NCBI GenBank assembly: GCA_051530055.1
Contig: CM121343.1
Span: forward strand, 3,070,389-3,134,388
Origin: Neoechinorhynchus agilis
Taxonomy: Eukaryota > Animalia > Acanthocephala
Length of the DNA stretch: 64,000 nucleotides
Direction of reading: 5' to 3'
Made by a program: the position numbers and the translations under genes. Position 1 is the first letter of the stretch; each line of letters starts with the position of its first letter. The notes below the pieces were generated by a model. The model was not told the DNA's origin and did no database searches. It saw nothing but the letters and a program-made list of their open reading frames with translations. Below, in pieces: positions 60,881 to 64,000 of the stretch.

Positions 60881-62333
60881 CTATTGTAGCCGGCGACGAT
60901 TATTGGCGATTGACTTATACATTTCGCAGGTTTGTGCCATCAAAGGGGTCATCTTTTCTACATCAGAGACGGCACCTGAGAAGAAGTATGAGGATAAAAA
61001 GCATACTTTTCGAAGTTGCTTGTTTTTTAGTCGGTAGCACGCCTTCAATATCAGAACGTCTTTTGCGTTTGCAGATTCCGGCATTGCTTCGTTTTTGATC
61101 AATTGAATCGGTCATGTTAGACATGGCTAGTTTTCGCTTGGCAGCCAATTCTTCGTTCGATTTTTGTAGGTCTACAGTTGTTTTTCCAACAATCCCTTGA
61201 ACGAACGTTCGGTAGCCCTAAGGAACAAAAACGATCTCTATGAGAAGATTCATTTTTAAATCATGTACCATATAAGTTTCCTTCCATGTACTTCCATATT
61301 TGATCTCTTCGCCATCATAATCAAGTTTGCATCGTCTTCGCCATAGAATCTCAAGTTCTTTCGATAATCCGGGATTGTTTTCCTCAAAAGTCAAGATTTC
61401 ACCCAAATCACAAAAATCCATCATATACTCAATTATTCTCATAACCGGAAAATTCCCTTCGTAGATGTAACTCTTAACATCACTTGTAAACTTCTCATAG
61501 TGAAATCGCTCCACAGCGACTACAGGATCATGTTCGACTTCTGGTTCTTCATCCGGATCATTAGCGTATCTTCTAGTGGAACACTTAATAACAAATTTCA
61601 TTTCTTCGTCTTTAAGTTTCTGTAACCGGTCCTCCTTTTCTTTTTTCTCCACGGCTTTCAAAAACAAATGATCTGCAAATGTTTTATCTTTCTTACTCCT
61701 GACCAAATCAACCATGCGGAATGGCTGAATGCTATCCATTGATACCCTAGACAACTTTTCTTCAATTGCTGCCAAAACCTCCTTTGGGTGAGGTCCACTT
61801 GTTGGCTTTGTATCTTCTTCAATTTTAATTTCATCAGTGTCATAGTCAGCATAAGGATCTTCCATTCCGGATGATATTCCAACTATGCTGTCAACCGATA
61901 AGCAGGGCTTGTTTTTAAGGCCAATTCGTTGCAAATACTCATTGGCACTAATTTTTGGTTTATCTCCGCTAATAGAACTTGATGAATTGTCTAGATCACT
62001 GTGAAAACCCTTCAAAGAATCCTTAATTTCACCATCCATCTTGGGCGTGCCACATCCCATCCCCGGATGTTTTTCTTTAACAAATATATATTTAGCAAAC
62101 TTATCCTTAATCCATTCTGAGCCGTATTTCTTTAACGCCCTGTTCCATATAAGCCGTGATTTCCTCATCACACCGAGGTAGTATCTCATTTTCTCCGGAT
62201 TATCCTCTTCGGAATATCTACCAAGCTTCTTAACAACGGATTTCGCATCAGCATCCGAGTACAAGTCCTCACATTCATCAAGTATCAAATAATCGCGAGG
62301 ATATACCTTATCGTCCCGTTCACTTCCAAGCAT
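60881..62333 (-). CDS. ELOA: Elongin A (3 exons)
   Basis: N-terminal TFIIS-like helices (SVVKKLGRY...PEKMRYYL), F-box-like region IMEYMMDFCDLGEILTFEENNPGL...LWRRRCKLDY...TWKETYM, and C-terminal KMTPLMAQT (cf. IAPMMAKT). Confidence 0.8.
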
Positions 62334-62809
62334 CTGAAATCAATTCTGGCATCGTCGGAGCTTGTGCGAGCGCCCGGTTGCAGCAGCAGCAGGTAGTAGT
62401 AGCAAACAATGCGAATGGAAACGAGCAATAGTATCAATCGGAAAGAACTCGGAATAACATCAACCGTGAAATTTAAACGATTACGTCAACTGCGTTGTGA
62501 CGCTTACGGACCCTAAGATGCTCCAATGGACGTCCAGAGGGGACTTTCTCGAATGGTTTCCTGTAACCTTATATCGACCATATTCATGTTTTAGCTCGCA
62601 AAGTAGCGATTTTTTTGATTTGGCCGTATCTTATTATTATTTCTATTCATCGGTAATTCGTTAAAGTTAAGGCAAAATCAGCCATTAATTCTATCGAGAA
62701 AAATAAATCTTTATTTTGAACGAGGGAAACCTGGAAATCGAGAACATCACCCGGATTAGGCGATACGACAGGCTTATAAGAAACCCAATCGATCTAAAAC
62801 CTCATTTGA

Positions 62810-62978
62810 ATTATGGTTAGAAGTCTACATTCTCGGTAAATGATCTTTTTTCGATTAAAAACGTTTTGCGAATCATGTAAGGGGTATTAGAACTAATGAT
62901 GAACCCCTTACGAGGTTCACAGAACGTTTTTAATCGAAAAAAGATCATTTACCGCGAATGTAGACTTTTAACCATAAT
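62810..62978. mobile_element. MITE with ~65-bp TIRs; partial copy at ~36138-36185
   Basis: attatggttagaagtctacattctcggtaaatgatcttttttcgattaaaaacgtt is inverted as aacgtttttaatcgaaaaaagatcatttaccgcgaatgtagacttttaaccataat. Confidence 0.88.
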
Positions 62979-64000
62979 AATTTCAATCACATGTCCCCGG
63001 TACCTCCTCGCATATATCGACATTTGAAGTTAATGAATTTTGCTTGAATCATTTGATTAGAACAATTGGAAATGCTACAAGAGAACTCTGACTATCACGG
63101 ATATCTTTGTCTTTAAACAAAAGTACGTTTTACAACGTAGAAATAATACCTGAGCGGTTTTAAATCATGAACACCACACACACATAGTCAATTGGGTTCG
63201 ATAAAACCGAAGAGAATTCCATCTATTAATCGATTGAAATAGCCAACACTATGGAAGGGAGCAAAGCAAACGCTTCTCTCGAATTACATTTACAGAGGAA
63301 GGCAGCTTATGGAGTTGACGATCCCAGGTTACCGAATCAAACGAAAACAATCTTTTAGATTCAATTGATCAAAAATGACTGACGACCCAAGAATGTAAGC
63401 AGCAAATAGTCTTCAAAATTCTGAATCTTCTTATAATTTGAAAGATCCCGATGCCCCACTAACTTTTGAAATCAAGTTTTGAATATGCGCGCCTCTAGAT
63501 TTAAGGTTAGGGCGACACATTAGCGAGCCTTGGTGGAAAACGTGGTGTCGTTGTTTTTGGATTTGATGTCGAACCGGGCAACTTCTCATTTTTTATAAGT
63601 TCGTCTCACCGCGTTCAGTAGTTTCGTTCACCTTATTCGATGGCGTTAGAATGATCCATGTATCTAGCTAAAACTCTTCAAATTTGCCTAGAAAACGTAG
63701 AATGGAACCATACTCGAAACCAAGCTACCCAGATGATCACCTAAAAAGTCATTTATTCGTTTTAACATTCTCATGTTTAACGCCAACTGAGAAGCTACAA
63801 TAGGCCTTATTTTTATTGGACCCTTTATAGCTGACCAATGGCATTCCAACGTAAAAATATGGTTGAAATCAACTTAACAAAAGATTGAATGCATTTACCA
63901 TGACAATACCCTAAAACAATGTATGAACAAGAGTACTAAAGATTCCCAATGTGACCGTCCCAAGATTGGACAAACTAATGATTCCAATCGGAGAACACCG

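Noticed and set aside
63040-63760. Decayed non-LTR retrotransposon (ISEPWWK, like the APE QEP motif)
   Set aside because: A single weak motif amid many stops, not enough to call.

Overview
AT-rich DNA from a compact invertebrate animal genome. Introns are mostly 30-50 nt GT-AG; I cannot identify the species. Nine genes are recognisable: a GPI-type acetylcholinesterase-like esterase, a compact polyQ-less huntingtin, USP25/28, Rab3IP/Sec2, hnRNP K, a minimal TACC, a two-pore K+ channel, SRRM1 and Elongin A. There is also a chromodomain gene running off the left edge (missed by the ORF track), a small type II membrane coiled-coil protein and several spliced orphan genes. The non-coding part is highly structured. 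A 128/140-bp satellite forms two arrays, the larger enclosed by inverted flanks. A ~105-bp satellite shifts to a ~210-bp dimer across a MITE insertion, and about a dozen foldback/MITE elements from several families are present. Best leads: (1) a satellite apparently amplified inside, and moved by, a foldback element; (2) a 105-bp TIR-bounded insert in the cholinesterase coding sequence that may be removed as an introner-like intron; (3) splice acceptors abutting start codons plus a tight Rab3IP-USP25 junction, suggesting SL trans-splicing or an operon. Exon boundaries were read by eye and gene names come from remembered motifs, not database searches.
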